Positions 1 to 11,726 are shown, counted from the first letter of the stretch. The stretch: DNA of 64,000 nucleotides from Candidatus Thermosaccharophagus tengchongensis (GCA_032161105.1 JAVHTD010000001.1); one strand, 5' to 3'. Program-made: numbers and translations. Notes: a model not told the origin generated them from the sequence alone.

Positions 1-245
1 AAAGCGCTATTGAGCTGACAGATGAAGAGCTTGATCGGATAAGGGAATGGGCAAGCCGCTTGTGGAAGAAGCGCATCATCATTCATGCGCGTGTGGATGA
101 AGACATCATTGGTGGAGTCACGATAAAGGTGGGCGACAAGCTGCTTGACTTGAGCATCAAAGGAGCCCTTGATGGCATCACATCGTATTTGAAGCAGCTC
201 CCTGTGATTGTGGATCAACGCCGATGGCGTGAGGCGAGCTCATAG
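1..245 (+). CDS. atpH: F1Fo ATP synthase delta subunit, 3' part (5' end outside window)
   Basis: Frame open from base 3 (SAIELTDEELDRI...VDEDIIGGVTIKVGDKLLDLSIKG), typical delta C-terminus; directly upstream of atpA. Confidence 0.9.
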   Translation, partial: SAIELTDEELDRIREWASRLWKKRIIIHARVDEDIIGGVTIKVGDKLLDLSIKGALDGITSYLKQLPVIVDQRRWREASS

Positions 246-269
246 CCATGTGAAGGGAGTGATGCAGCA

Positions 270-1847
270 GTGGTAATGCGTTCCGAGGAATTGACGAGCG
301 TTCTCATGCATGAGCTTCAGCGATATGAGAGGAAGATAGAGCTTGTAGATGTTGGCTATGTGATTGAGGTTGGCGATGGCATAGCCAGAGCATATGGTCT
401 TGAGGGGGCTATGGCTGGTGAGCTCTTGCTCTTCCCTGAGGCGACGAAGAAGCTTGGGCGCGAGTTCTTCGGATTGGCATTTAGCTTGGAGGTGGACAGC
501 GTTGGAATTGTCTTGCTTGGTCCTGACAGGTTGGTGAGTGAGGGCGATGAGGTGCGTTGCACTGGGCGAATACTTGAAGTGCCAGTTGGGATGGAGTTGC
601 TTGGGCGAGTCGTGAATGCGCTCGGACAGCCAATTGATGACCTCGGTCCGATACCCTATAAGCAGACAAGGAGGGTTGAGTTAAAAGCCCCCGGCGTGGT
701 CAAGCGCAAGCCAGTTTGTGAACCGCTAATGACGGGCATCAAAGCCATTGACTCAATGATTCCAATCGGGAGGGGACAGCGAGAGCTCATCATCGGCGAT
801 AGGCAGACTGGCAAGACTGCCATCGCAATTGACACCATCATCAACCAGAAGAACGCTGAGCCTCCAGTGTATTGCATTTATGTCGCCATCGGGCAAAAGC
901 AGAGCACAGTCAAGCAAGTCGTTGAGACGCTCAAAAAATACGGTGCGATGGAATACACGATAGTCGTGAGCGCGCCTGCAAGTGAGCCCGCTCCAATGCA
1001 ATACATCGCAGCCTATTCTGGGTGCGCTATGGGTGAATACTTCAGGGACAATGGGATGCACGCTTTGATCGTCTATGATGACCTCACAAAGCACGCCCAT
1101 GCGTATAGGCAAGTTTCACTTCTCCTTCGCCGCCCGGCGGGGCGTGAGGCATATCCCGGCGACATATTCAACTTGCATTCACGCCTTCTTGAGCGTGCTG
1201 CAAAGCTGAATGACGAGCTTGGTGGCGGTTCACTCACGGCGCTTCCAATTGTTGAGACTCAGCTCGGTGACTATTCCGCATACATCCCGACGAATGTCAT
1301 TTCAATCACCGATGGTCAAATTTACCTTGAGCCGGATTTGTTTTACGCTGGCATTCGTCCGGCGATAAATGTTGGCTTGTCGGTTTCAAGGGTTGGCGGT
1401 GCTGCGCGCACATCAGCGATGAACAAGGTGGCAAAGCAGCTCAAGCTTGACATGGCACGCTACTTTGAGCTGCAGGCGTTTGCTCAGTTTGCAACCGAAC
1501 TTGACGAGGCTACGAGGAGGGAGCTAATAAGGGGCGAAAGGCTTGTTGAGTTGCTCAAGCAGGAGCAATACAATCCGATGTCACTCAGCCACCAAGTGCT
1601 TGCTATATTCATCGGGATAAACGGATACCTTGATGACCTGCCAGTTGAGGCGGTCAGGGAATTTGAGAGGGGCTTCCTTGAATTCGTTAACCATCGCTAT
1701 CCGGAGATTGTGCATGAGATTGAGAAGACAAAGGACTTCAGTGAAGCCACCGAAAAGAAGATGCACAAGGCAGCGCAGGAGTTTAAAGCTGCATTCGTTG
1801 CAAGGCTTGAAGGAAGGGCAGAAGGAGAGATGAGCGTTGCTGCATAA
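270..1847 (+). CDS. atpA: F1Fo ATP synthase alpha subunit
   Basis: [43 protein letters not shown] motifs. Confidence 0.99.
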   Translation: MVMRSEELTSVLMHELQRYERKIELVDVGYVIEVGDGIARAYGLEGAMAGELLLFPEATKKLGREFFGLAFSLEVDSVGIVLLGPDRLVSEGDEVRCTGRILEVPVGMELLGRVVNALGQPIDDLGPIPYKQTRRVELKAPGVVKRKPVCEPLMTGIKAIDSMIPIGRGQRELIIGDRQTGKTAIAIDTIINQKNAEPPVYCIYVAIGQKQSTVKQVVETLKKYGAMEYTIVVSAPASEPAPMQYIAAYSGCAMGEYFRDNGMHALIVYDDLTKHAHAYRQVSLLLRRPAGREAYPGDIFNLHSRLLERAAKLNDELGGGSLTALPIVETQLGDYSAYIPTNVISITDGQIYLEPDLFYAGIRPAINVGLSVSRVGGAARTSAMNKVAKQLKLDMARYFELQAFAQFATELDEATRRELIRGERLVELLKQEQYNPMSLSHQVLAIFIGINGYLDDLPVEAVREFERGFLEFVNHRYPEIVHEIEKTKDFSEATEKKMHKAAQEFKAAFVARLEGRAEGEMSVAA

Positions 1848-1872
1848 GCGGTGATGGCGGTGAAATTTGAAC

Positions 1873-2745
1873 ATGCAGAGCTTGAGGTTACTCAGGCAGA
1901 AGATAAAGGCAGTCAGGAACATAAGGCAAATAACGCAAGCCATGAAGATGGTTGCTGCGGCGAGACTGAAACGGCTGCAGGATAGGGCATTAGCGGGAAT
2001 GTCGTATGCAGCTGGCTTACAAAGGATCGCTGAGGCAATTGCGCCTTACATACCTCAAGCGAAACACCCCATGTTGAGGGCTAATGGGAATGGCGCCGTT
2101 GGGCTTGTGGTCGTCACCGGAGATAGGGGGCTGTGCGGGGCTTACAACTCCAATGTCATAAGAGAGGCAACAGAGTTTTGGAGCGAACTCAACTCCGTCG
2201 GGAAAGCTGTTAGCCTGTATTGCGTTGGGCGTAAGGGGGCTACATACTTTGTGAAGCACAATTTTGATGTGAGGGCTTCCGTGCCACAGATATCCATCAG
2301 GCAACCTTATGAGGATGCCAAGCAGATTAGCGGCGACTTAATGGGTTGGTATTTGAGCGGCGAGATATGTGAGCTGCATTTCATTTACACCGGCTTGGTG
2401 GGCACAACCTCATTCAAAGTGAAGCGCAGGAAGGTTCTACCGATTGAAGCCGAAGCGACGGCTCGCGGTGAAGCTGTTGAGTATATCTTTGAGCCATCTG
2501 TTGAGAAGCTGCTCGATGCGCTCCTTCCGAAGCATTTTGAAGTCCAAGTTTACCAAATGCTGCTTGAGGCGCTCACATGTGAACAGCTTGCAAGGGTGCA
2601 GGCGATGACTGCAGCCTCTGACAACGCGACCGAGATGCTTGAGAGGTTGACGATTGAACTCAACAAAGCGCGCCAGTGGAGCATAACCAAGGAGCTGTTA
2701 GAAATAACGGCAGCGGCGGAGGCGTTGAGGCGCTACCAAAGGTGA
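1873..2745 (+). CDS. atpG: F1Fo ATP synthase gamma subunit
   Basis: QITQAMKMVAAA, DRGLCGAYN, NKARQWSITKEL; start at 1867 (TTG) or 1873 (ATG). Confidence 0.98.
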   Translation: MQSLRLLRQKIKAVRNIRQITQAMKMVAAARLKRLQDRALAGMSYAAGLQRIAEAIAPYIPQAKHPMLRANGNGAVGLVVVTGDRGLCGAYNSNVIREATEFWSELNSVGKAVSLYCVGRKGATYFVKHNFDVRASVPQISIRQPYEDAKQISGDLMGWYLSGEICELHFIYTGLVGTTSFKVKRRKVLPIEAEATARGEAVEYIFEPSVEKLLDALLPKHFEVQVYQMLLEALTCEQLARVQAMTAASDNATEMLERLTIELNKARQWSITKELLEITAAAEALRRYQR

Positions 2746-2764
2746 AGCGAATAAAAGGTGGTGA

Positions 2765-4186
<1,422 letters not shown>

Positions 4187-4189
4187 GCG

Positions 4190-4618
4190 ATGCAAGAGAG
4201 GAGCTTTCATGTTGAGGTCATCTCGCCACAGCGCTTAGTCTATCAATCGGATGATGTGGTCTCGCTCATTGCGCCCGGAGTTGAGGGCTATCTCGGCATC
4301 ATGGCATATCATGCACCGATCATAGTGCAGCTTGGCATCGGCGTCCTTACGCTGCGCCTTTCAAATGGTGATATTGTCCGCATAGCTGTGAGTGGTGGTT
4401 TCCTTGAAGCGAGTAATAATCGCGTTACAGTCATTTGCGACACGGCGGAGAGGGGTGACGAGATTGACATTGAGCGCGCAAGGAGGGCATATGAAAGGGC
4501 AGTGGAAAGGTTGCGCAAATATGATCGCTCAATAGACCGAGATAGAGCTCGCAGGGCTAAGGAGAGAGCTATTGCACGGCTGCGCGCAGCCGGTGTGTAT
4601 AGCGAGCTGCAGACTTAA
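4190..4618 (+). CDS. atpC: F1Fo ATP synthase epsilon subunit
   Basis: APGVEGYLGIMAYHAP, VSGGFLE, C-terminal IDxxRA helices; follows atpD. Confidence 0.97.
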   Translation: MQERSFHVEVISPQRLVYQSDDVVSLIAPGVEGYLGIMAYHAPIIVQLGIGVLTLRLSNGDIVRIAVSGGFLEASNNRVTVICDTAERGDEIDIERARRAYERAVERLRKYDRSIDRDRARRAKERAIARLRAAGVYSELQT

Positions 4619-4800
4619 GAAGTTTGAGCTTGGCATGAGCGAATGCTCCGTCCCATTGCCTCAGCAATGCGATTTCAAATTTCAACTTCCCCATGCGCAA
4701 GTTAGCGCAAGATTTGTGCGAGTGATATGCTTGATTGACGGCTTTGCAAACGCAGCAGCGTCAATGCAACCATTCCAACACCTTACGAGGTGCAATTGCA

Positions 4801-6129
4801 ATGAAGCACTTGGTCGTGGAAGGCGGGTATAAGCTGAGCGGTGAGGTGAGGTTGAGCGGCAGCAAGAATGCGGCGTTAGCTATTCTGCCAGCTGCTCTCC
4901 TGTGTGATGGCGAATGTGTGATTCACAATGTCCCCGATATAACTGACATACGGGTGATGATTGAGCTGATGAAGAGCGTCGGTGCAAGGTGCCAGTTTGA
5001 GAATGGGACAGTCATAGTAGATGCTTCCAACTTGTCCGTGGCGAGCCTGCCGGAGGATTTGGTCCGCAGCATAAGGGCATCCATCTACATGCTCGGTGCT
5101 CTCCTGCCGAGGGTGAAGGGGTTTCGGATGGCTCGCCCGGGTGGATGTAACCTCAACAGGCGCGTCAACTTCCACATTGATGCGCTGTCACGCATGGGGG
5201 TGACTATGGAGGTAGACCGCTCAGAGGAGTGGGTTTATGCGTATTGCGAGGATGGGAAGCTGCATGGCACGGAAATAGAGCTTGACCCAAGATGGCGCAG
5301 TGTCGGAACAACAGTCAACATCATGCTCGCTGCATCGCTGGCTGACGGAGTGACGGTCATTCACAATGCTGCGAGGGAGCCAGAAGTCGTTAATTGTGCT
5401 CTCTTCCTGAAGGCGATGGGGGCAAAGATTGAGGGCGAGGGGACGCCGACAATCGTAATTGAGGGAGTGCGTCACCTCCATGGGTGCGAATTCAGCGCCA
5501 TAAATGACCGAATTGAGGCGGGCACTTTTTTGGTTGCCGGGGCTATAACCAGGGGGAAGATAACAGTTGGACCGATACAAAGCGAATGGTTGACGCCGGT
5601 GTTGGAGAAGCTTGGGCAAGCCGGCGTGGAAGTTAAGGTGAAGGGGGAATGGCTACAGGTTGAATGCGATAAGCGTCCATGCGGCGTTTCATTGACGACC
5701 GAACCCTATCCCGGCTTCCCAACGGATTTGCAGCCGCCATTCGTTTCGCTCCTCTCGGTTGCCGATGGGAAAAGCATCGTCACAGAAACGATACACGAGG
5801 GCAGGTTGAGATACTGCAGCGAGCTAAATCGCATGGGTGCACAAATTGAGGTAAAGGAACCGGAGATAACGCGTGATGGTGAGTTGCGTCTTCCGGCAGT
5901 TGCGATAATAGAGGGGGTTGAAGCGCTGCATGGCGCCGAAGTTTATGCGTGTGACTTGCGTGCTGGTGCGGCATTGGTGCTTGCTGGGTTAGCTGCTGAG
6001 GGTGAGACTGTCATACAGAATGCCGAGGTTGTGGAGAGAGGCTATGAGCGCTTTGCGGAAAAGCTCGGTTCGCTCGGCGCGAAAGTGAAGATGCTCTGCG
6101 AAGCTGAGGCACCGTTGCGCGCGAGGTAA
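4801..6129 (+). CDS. murA: UDP-N-acetylglucosamine 1-carboxyvinyltransferase (divergent)
   Basis: LSGSKNAAL, RASI, PGGC, NAAREPE, DRIEAGTF, PYPGFPTDLQ, DLRAGAALV; ATG 4801 after GAGGTG. Confidence 0.95.
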   Translation: MKHLVVEGGYKLSGEVRLSGSKNAALAILPAALLCDGECVIHNVPDITDIRVMIELMKSVGARCQFENGTVIVDASNLSVASLPEDLVRSIRASIYMLGALLPRVKGFRMARPGGCNLNRRVNFHIDALSRMGVTMEVDRSEEWVYAYCEDGKLHGTEIELDPRWRSVGTTVNIMLAASLADGVTVIHNAAREPEVVNCALFLKAMGAKIEGEGTPTIVIEGVRHLHGCEFSAINDRIEAGTFLVAGAITRGKITVGPIQSEWLTPVLEKLGQAGVEVKVKGEWLQVECDKRPCGVSLTTEPYPGFPTDLQPPFVSLLSVADGKSIVTETIHEGRLRYCSELNRMGAQIEVKEPEITRDGELRLPAVAIIEGVEALHGAEVYACDLRAGAALVLAGLAAEGETVIQNAEVVERGYERFAEKLGSLGAKVKMLCEAEAPLRAR

Positions 6130-6137
6130 CGGAACGC

Positions 6138-7133
6138 ATGTTTGGTGTTAGAGGCATCGGAATTGATTTGGGCACAGCCAATGTGCTTGTTTATGTGAAA
6201 GGTCGTGGAATCGTAATACGGGAGCCATCCGTCGTTGCCACGGAGCGGAAGACCGGAAAGCTCCTTGCCGTTGGTGAAGAGGCAAGGAGGATGATAGGGC
6301 GCACTCCGGGAAACATAATCGCCCGCCAACCGCTCAGGGATGGAGTAATAGCCGAATACAATGTCACTCTCGCAATGCTCAGATACTTCATTCGGAAGGC
6401 TTGCGGCAAATGGCAGCTTACAAAGCCCGATGTGGTAATCTCGGTGCCATCAAATGTTAACAGCGTTGAGAGGAGGGCTGTTTTAGAGGCAGCAAAGGAA
6501 GCAGGTGCGAGGAGGGCGTTCACAATTGAAGAGCCAATGGCTGCAGCCATTGGCGCCGGATTGCCGATAAACGAACCCGGGGGGTGCATGGTGGTTGACA
6601 TCGGTGGAGGGACAACTGACATAGCCGTTATATCGCTCGGCGGAATTGTGGTGAGCGATTGCATTCGTGTGGGCGGCATGAAAATGGACGAGGCTATAAT
6701 GCGCTACATACGGCGCGAGTATAACCTCATGATAGGTGAGCAGACTGCCGAACAGATAAAGATCAAGATTGGCTCGGCATACAAGCTTCCCACCGAAATG
6801 GCTCTGGAGGTAAAAGGGCGAGACATGGTTGCCGGTTTGCCGAAGGTCGTGAGGGTGACATCGGAGGAGATACGGGAGGCACTTGCTGAGCCGGTTAATC
6901 AAATTGTGGAGAGAGTCAAGGGCGTGCTTGAAAAGACACCGCCTGAGTTGGCTGCCGACATAATCGTGCGCGGGATAACGCTGAGCGGTGGCGGGGCGCT
7001 GCTGCGCGGCATTGACAAGCTCATCCAAAATGAGACGGGCGTCCCAGTGCGTGTTGCAGATGACCCTTTGAGCTGCGTCGGTATAGGAACAGGATTGGCG
7101 CTTGATATGCTCAGCGTGCTCAAGTCGGAGTAA
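6138..7133 (+). CDS. mreB: Rod shape-determining protein MreB/Mbl
   Basis: IGIDLGTAN, EPSVVA, EEPMAAAIGAG, VDIGGGTTD, GGGALL. Confidence 0.97.
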   Translation: MFGVRGIGIDLGTANVLVYVKGRGIVIREPSVVATERKTGKLLAVGEEARRMIGRTPGNIIARQPLRDGVIAEYNVTLAMLRYFIRKACGKWQLTKPDVVISVPSNVNSVERRAVLEAAKEAGARRAFTIEEPMAAAIGAGLPINEPGGCMVVDIGGGTTDIAVISLGGIVVSDCIRVGGMKMDEAIMRYIRREYNLMIGEQTAEQIKIKIGSAYKLPTEMALEVKGRDMVAGLPKVVRVTSEEIREALAEPVNQIVERVKGVLEKTPPELAADIIVRGITLSGGGALLRGIDKLIQNETGVPVRVADDPLSCVGIGTGLALDMLSVLKSE

Positions 7134-7260
7134 GGCAGTTAGCCTTTCGGCACAGCGAACTTAATGCCTCTATCTCCATCGTTGCCCTGACCCGCCATAC
7201 AAACGGCGTTTGTATCGCTTTGTATGGGCTCACTTTACATCCGTGGCGATGTGTGGCAAA

Positions 7261-7290
7261 TTGAATATGCTATCAATACGATAGACTTTT
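7261..7290 (+). promoter_or_regulatory. Candidate promoter/operator of the iscS cluster (possible Rrf2 box)
   Basis: TTGAAT at 7261, CTATC-N5-GATAG inverted repeat at 7270-7284, TAGACT at 7282. Confidence 0.4.
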
Positions 7291-7393
7291 AGGATGATGA
7301 GGGGATGCGGCTTGTGGTTTGAGCATAACATAAGTTATTGGGATTGAGGGCGCTTGCACAATTCAGCTGCTTGAGATGGGGAGTGATTTTGTA

Positions 7394-8614
7394 ATGAGGT
7401 TTGTCTACCTTGACTACAACGCTACAACGCCACTTGATAAGCGAGTGCTTGAGGCTATGATGCCTTATTTAACCGAGCAGTATGGCAACCCATCAAGCAT
7501 TTATCGTTTTGCGCAGAGTGCAAGGAAGGCAATTGAGGATGCGAGGGAGAAGGTGGCAGCGCTGCTCAATGCGAGTGAAAGAGAAATCGTCTTCACGGGC
7601 GGTGGGACTGAGGCGAACAACTACGCTATCAAAGGGGTTGCATTTGCCAACCGGCACAGGGGCAATCACATCATCACCTCGCAAATTGAGCACCATGCTG
7701 TGCTGAATGTGTGCAAGTATCTTGAGGAGCGGCACGGTTTTGAAGTGACCTATGTTCCGGTTGACTCATATGGCATTGTTGATGTTGATGCAGTTAGGGA
7801 GGCTATAAGGGACGATACGATACTCATCAGCATCATGTATGCGAACAACGAGACCGGGGTCATACAACCCGTTGAGGAGATCGCCAAGTTGGCAAGGGAG
7901 AGGGGCATTTACTTCCACACAGATGCAATTCAAGTTGCCGGGAAGATGAAAATTGATGTGCACGCCCTCGGCGTTGACCTGCTCTCAATATCGGCACACA
8001 AGTTTTACGGACCAAAGGGTGTTGGGGCGCTCTTCATTCGCAAGGGAGTTCGCATTGACACTTTGATTCACGGCGGGCATCAGGAGATGGGGAGGAGGGC
8101 AGGCACTGAGAATGTTGCTGGGATTGTAGGTTTAGCTGAGGCGTTCGCAATTGCCCATGAGAATATGGAGGAGGAATGGGAGCGAGAAAAGCGCCTTCGT
8201 GACAAGCTTGAGCGGGGCATACTTGAGCGCATACCGGATGTAATCGTAAACGGTCATCCGGAAAGGAGGTTGGCGAACACGCTGAACATTGTGGTCAAGT
8301 ATGTTGAGGGCGAGGCAATGTTGCTGAGCATGGATGTAGAGGGCATATGTGCGTCAAGCGGTTCTGCATGCACATCCGGTTCGCTTGAGCCATCGCATGT
8401 GTTGACTGCCATGGGTATACCTCATGAGTTGGCGCATGGCTCACTGCGTTTCAGCCTTGGGAGATTCACAACCGATGAGGACATTGATTATGTGCTTGAT
8501 GTGCTCCCAAGAGTTGTTGAGCGTTTGCGCGAGATATCGCCATACGGTGTCGGTAAGGATGAGCTAAAGGGGATCAGTGGGCACCTTTCGCATAAGCGCT
8601 CATTGCGCAAGTGA
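7394..8614 (+). CDS. iscS: Cysteine desulfurase, IscS/NifS group I
   Basis: [12 protein letters not shown] lysine [10 protein letters not shown], catalytic SSGSACTS. Confidence 0.97.
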   Translation: MRFVYLDYNATTPLDKRVLEAMMPYLTEQYGNPSSIYRFAQSARKAIEDAREKVAALLNASEREIVFTGGGTEANNYAIKGVAFANRHRGNHIITSQIEHHAVLNVCKYLEERHGFEVTYVPVDSYGIVDVDAVREAIRDDTILISIMYANNETGVIQPVEEIAKLARERGIYFHTDAIQVAGKMKIDVHALGVDLLSISAHKFYGPKGVGALFIRKGVRIDTLIHGGHQEMGRRAGTENVAGIVGLAEAFAIAHENMEEEWEREKRLRDKLERGILERIPDVIVNGHPERRLANTLNIVVKYVEGEAMLLSMDVEGICASSGSACTSGSLEPSHVLTAMGIPHELAHGSLRFSLGRFTTDEDIDYVLDVLPRVVERLREISPYGVGKDELKGISGHLSHKRSLRK

Positions 8615-8680
8615 CATTACCTATCAAACGGGGGTGAGGTGGCAACACCTATCGCAGGTGCGTGGGTGTTGCTTAAAAGT

Positions 8681-9604
8681 ATGGCAACACATGAGGAGCT
8701 TGATGAGCTTAAGCGAAAGGTGATTGAGCTGAAGCGAAAGAAGGGCGCCATCATATTGGCACATAATTACCAGCGTGAGGAAGTTCAGGAGGTCGCCGAT
8801 TTCATCGGTGATTCGCTTGAGTTGAGCAGGATAGCTGCGCAATCGGAATCAAACTTCATCGTCTTCTGCGGCGTGCGCTTCATGGCTGAAACTGCAAAGA
8901 TACTCTCCCCGCAAAAGCTTGTCGTCCATCCAGTCCCTGAGGCTCGCTGCCCGATGGCGGACATGATAACAGCCGATGACATAACGGAGCTGCGCAAGGA
9001 GTATCCGAGGGCGAAGTTTGTATGCTATGTCAACACGAACGCCGATGTTAAGGCGGAGTGCGATGTGTGTTGCACTTCAGCAAATGCCGTTCAAGTGCTG
9101 CAGCGCATTGATGCGGACGAGATCGTCTTTGTGCCGGATAGGAACTTGGCTTTGTATGCCCAAAGGTTTGTGAAGGATAAGCGCATCATACCTTGGGATG
9201 GTTGGTGCTATGTCCACAGGCGCATAGGATTTGAAGAAGTGAAGCGCTCAAAGGAAATGCATCGGGATGCATTGCTGGTTGTGCACCCTGAGTGCGATCC
9301 GGAGGTAATAGACATCGCCGATGAGGTTAAAAGCACGGGTGGAATGGTCAAGCTTGCGAGGGAGAGCAACCATCACAAATTCCTCATCGGCACTGAGGAG
9401 GGATTAGTGCGCAGGTTGAGGCGTGAGAATCCGGGAAAGATATTCATGTCGGCTGGCACACCGAGGGTGTGTTACAACATGAAGCTGATCACGCTTGACA
9501 GCGTTTATGATGCGCTCGTAAACGAGTCCCCGGAAGTTGAGTTACCGGACGACATCTTGATGAGGGCGCGGGGCTGCGTTGAGCGCATGATACAACTTAT
9601 TTGA
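8681..9604 (+). CDS. nadA: Quinolinate synthase ([4Fe-4S])
   Basis: ILAHNYQ, GDSLEL, FCGVRFMAE, RCPMA, YVNT, TSANA, WCYVH, VHPEC, VCYNM; alternative GTG start at 8639. Confidence 0.97.
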   Translation: MATHEELDELKRKVIELKRKKGAIILAHNYQREEVQEVADFIGDSLELSRIAAQSESNFIVFCGVRFMAETAKILSPQKLVVHPVPEARCPMADMITADDITELRKEYPRAKFVCYVNTNADVKAECDVCCTSANAVQVLQRIDADEIVFVPDRNLALYAQRFVKDKRIIPWDGWCYVHRRIGFEEVKRSKEMHRDALLVVHPECDPEVIDIADEVKSTGGMVKLARESNHHKFLIGTEEGLVRRLRRENPGKIFMSAGTPRVCYNMKLITLDSVYDALVNESPEVELPDDILMRARGCVERMIQLI

Positions 9605-9624
9605 GCGTGTTGAGGTGTGGGGCT

Positions 9625-10074
9625 ATGTATACCGAGAAGCTCTTGGAGCACTTTCGCAATCCGAGGAATTACGGGCGCATAGAGGACGCCGATGGCGTTG
9701 GCAAAGTTGGAAACCCGGTTTGCGGGGATGTGATGTATCTCTACATCAAGGTTGATGATGGGCGCATCTCGGACATCAAATTTGAGACATTCGGATGCGC
9801 GGCAGCAATAGCGACCTCTTCAATGGTTACAGAAATGGTGAAGGGGAAGACGATTGAGGAGGCGCTACAGGTGACAAACAAAGCGGTTGCCGAGGCGCTC
9901 GGCGGATTGCCGCCAATAAAGATGCACTGCTCTTTGCTCGCTGAGGAGGGGCTTAAGGCGGCGATACTGGACTACTACAGCAGGCGGGGGATCAATCCTC
10001 CACCTGAACTTGTTGAGCGGCTAAAGCAGTTGCGCCATGAAGAGCCGCATGGCACTTCCGAGGTTGGAAGTTAA
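9625..10074 (+). CDS. iscU: Fe-S cluster scaffold IscU/NifU-N
   Basis: HFRNPRN, GNPVCGD, FETFGC, LPPIKMHCS. Confidence 0.96.
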   Translation: MYTEKLLEHFRNPRNYGRIEDADGVGKVGNPVCGDVMYLYIKVDDGRISDIKFETFGCAAAIATSSMVTEMVKGKTIEEALQVTNKAVAEALGGLPPIKMHCSLLAEEGLKAAILDYYSRRGINPPPELVERLKQLRHEEPHGTSEVGS

Positions 10075-10116
10075 CTGGCGTCATAGCATGGAAGTGAGAT
10101 CGTAAAATGGTGGGCG

Positions 10117-10950
10117 ATGCGCATGTTGGATATGTTGGATGAGCGTTTGAGGCGCTTGCGCGAGGTTATAAAACCGCTTGGGAGCGTCGTGGTTGCCTTC
10201 TCTGGTGGCGTTGATTCAACGCTTCTTTTGAAAGCATGCTTAGATGTGCTCGGCTGTGAAAATGTGCTTGCGGTGACTGCCAATTCGGAGCTGTATCCAG
10301 ATGAGGAGGTTGCAGCAGCAATCGCACTGGCGAGTGAACTCAACGCAAGGCATTTGATCATTGAGACCGAGGAGGTGAAGGATGAGCGATTCATCAAGAA
10401 TACGCCGTTGCGATGCTACTACTGCAAATTGGAGCTGTTTACAAAGCTGTGGGAGGTGGCGAGGGAGCACGGAATGAAAGCAGTTGTAGATGGCTCAAAT
10501 GCCGATGACGCCTCCGATTATCGTCCCGGCATGCGAGCTGCTCATGAACTCGGGGTTTATAGCCCGCTTAAGGAAGCCGGTCTGACAAAATCCGACATAA
10601 GAGAGCTCTCGCAGAAGCTCGGTTTGCCGACTTGGAATAAACCCTCAATGGCGTGTCTTGCCAGCCGCTTCCCGTATTACCACGAGATAACGCGAAAGGA
10701 GTTGCGCATGGTTGCCGAGGCAGAGCGGTATTTGAAATCCCTCGGTGTAACGCAGGTGAGAGTTAGACATCACGGGTTGCTCGCAAGGATTGAGATTGGC
10801 ACGGATGAGTTCGGCTTGCTCCTTAAGGACGATGTTAGGGGCAGCGTTGTCTCAAAATTGCGCTCCCTCGGTTACATATGGGTGACGCTTGACATGCGCG
10901 GTTATCACAGCGGCAGCTTCAATGAGATGCTCTCTCGTGGTGAGGTATGA
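10117..10950 (+). CDS. larE: LarE-family ATP-dependent sulfur insertase (PP-loop), predicted [4Fe-4S] type
   Basis: AFSGGVDS PP-loop, RCYYCK, DYRPG, KPSMACLASR, RVRHH, ARIE. Confidence 0.92.
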   Translation: MRMLDMLDERLRRLREVIKPLGSVVVAFSGGVDSTLLLKACLDVLGCENVLAVTANSELYPDEEVAAAIALASELNARHLIIETEEVKDERFIKNTPLRCYYCKLELFTKLWEVAREHGMKAVVDGSNADDASDYRPGMRAAHELGVYSPLKEAGLTKSDIRELSQKLGLPTWNKPSMACLASRFPYYHEITRKELRMVAEAERYLKSLGVTQVRVRHHGLLARIEIGTDEFGLLLKDDVRGSVVSKLRSLGYIWVTLDMRGYHSGSFNEMLSRGEV

Positions 10951-10998
10951 GCGCTTTGGCATGTGCAGGCTCATACCCGTTTGGGGGTGGTAGCATAA

Positions 10999-11427
10999 GT
11001 GCGCTTCTCAACGAAGGCACGCTATGGTTTGCGTTTCCTAATTGACTTAGCTTTGAACTACAAGGATGCCCCTGTGCGTCTTCGTGATGTTGCGCGCCGT
11101 GAGGGAATTTCAAAGAAGTATCTTGAGCACATAGTTTCAGCGCTTGCAGCACACGGCTTTGTCAGGGCTATGCGAGGTTCAAAAGGTGGCTTTGTTCTCG
11201 CCAAGCCTATGGAGCGAATCTTCGTCCTTGATGTCATTGAGGCGCTTGAGGGGAAACTCAGCGTTGTTGAGTGCATACTAATGCCAGAAATATGCGATCG
11301 CTCTCCGGATTGCGTTGCAAGGATGCTTTGGGCGAGAGTGAATGAGGCGATAAGGCAAACGCTGAAGGGTATAACATTGAAAGACCTACACGACGAAGCA
11401 ATGCGTTGTAGGCGCACAGGTAAATAG
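10999..11427 (+). CDS. Rrf2-family transcriptional regulator with three Cys (Fe-S sensor type)
   Basis: STKARYGLR, ISKKYLEHI, RGSKGGF, LEG..ECILMPEICDRSPDC. Confidence 0.95.
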   Translation: MRFSTKARYGLRFLIDLALNYKDAPVRLRDVARREGISKKYLEHIVSALAAHGFVRAMRGSKGGFVLAKPMERIFVLDVIEALEGKLSVVECILMPEICDRSPDCVARMLWARVNEAIRQTLKGITLKDLHDEAMRCRRTGK

Positions 11428-11444
11428 CAAGGGAGGTGCATAAG

Positions 11445-11726
11445 ATGGCAGTGCAAGTTCGCATACCGACACCGCTAAGGCGATTGACTGACAATCAAGA
11501 TGTTGTCACTGTGGAAGCGAGCACTGTCGCCGAAATGATTGAGAGGCTTGAGGAGCAGTTCCCCGGGATAAAGCAAAGGCTGTGTGATGAGGATGGACAA
11601 CTAAGGCAGTTCGTCAACATCTTCGTTGATGGCGAGGACATACGCTTCCTGAACGGGCTTGAGACACCCCTCAAGGAATCAAGTGAGGTATCCATCATAC
11701 CGGCTGTAGCTGGCGGTATCCTCTGA
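11445..11726 (+). CDS. MoaD/ThiS/CysO-like ubiquitin-fold sulfur carrier
   Basis: VRIPTPLR, FVNIFVDGEDIRFL, SIIPAVAGG followed by IL-stop; RBS GGGAGGTG. Confidence 0.93.
   Translation: MAVQVRIPTPLRRLTDNQDVVTVEASTVAEMIERLEEQFPGIKQRLCDEDGQLRQFVNIFVDGEDIRFLNGLETPLKESSEVSIIPAVAGGIL

Noticed and set aside
4460..4590. Tandem IDxxRARRA repeats in ATP synthase epsilon
   Set aside because: Two such helices are normal in Bacillus-type epsilon subunits
7194..7228. Alternative stems ATACAAAC/GTTTGTAT and CCATACAAA/TTTGTATGG as a switch
   Set aside because: Short, upstream of the putative iscS promoter, and with no aptamer features; likely mreB 3' structure
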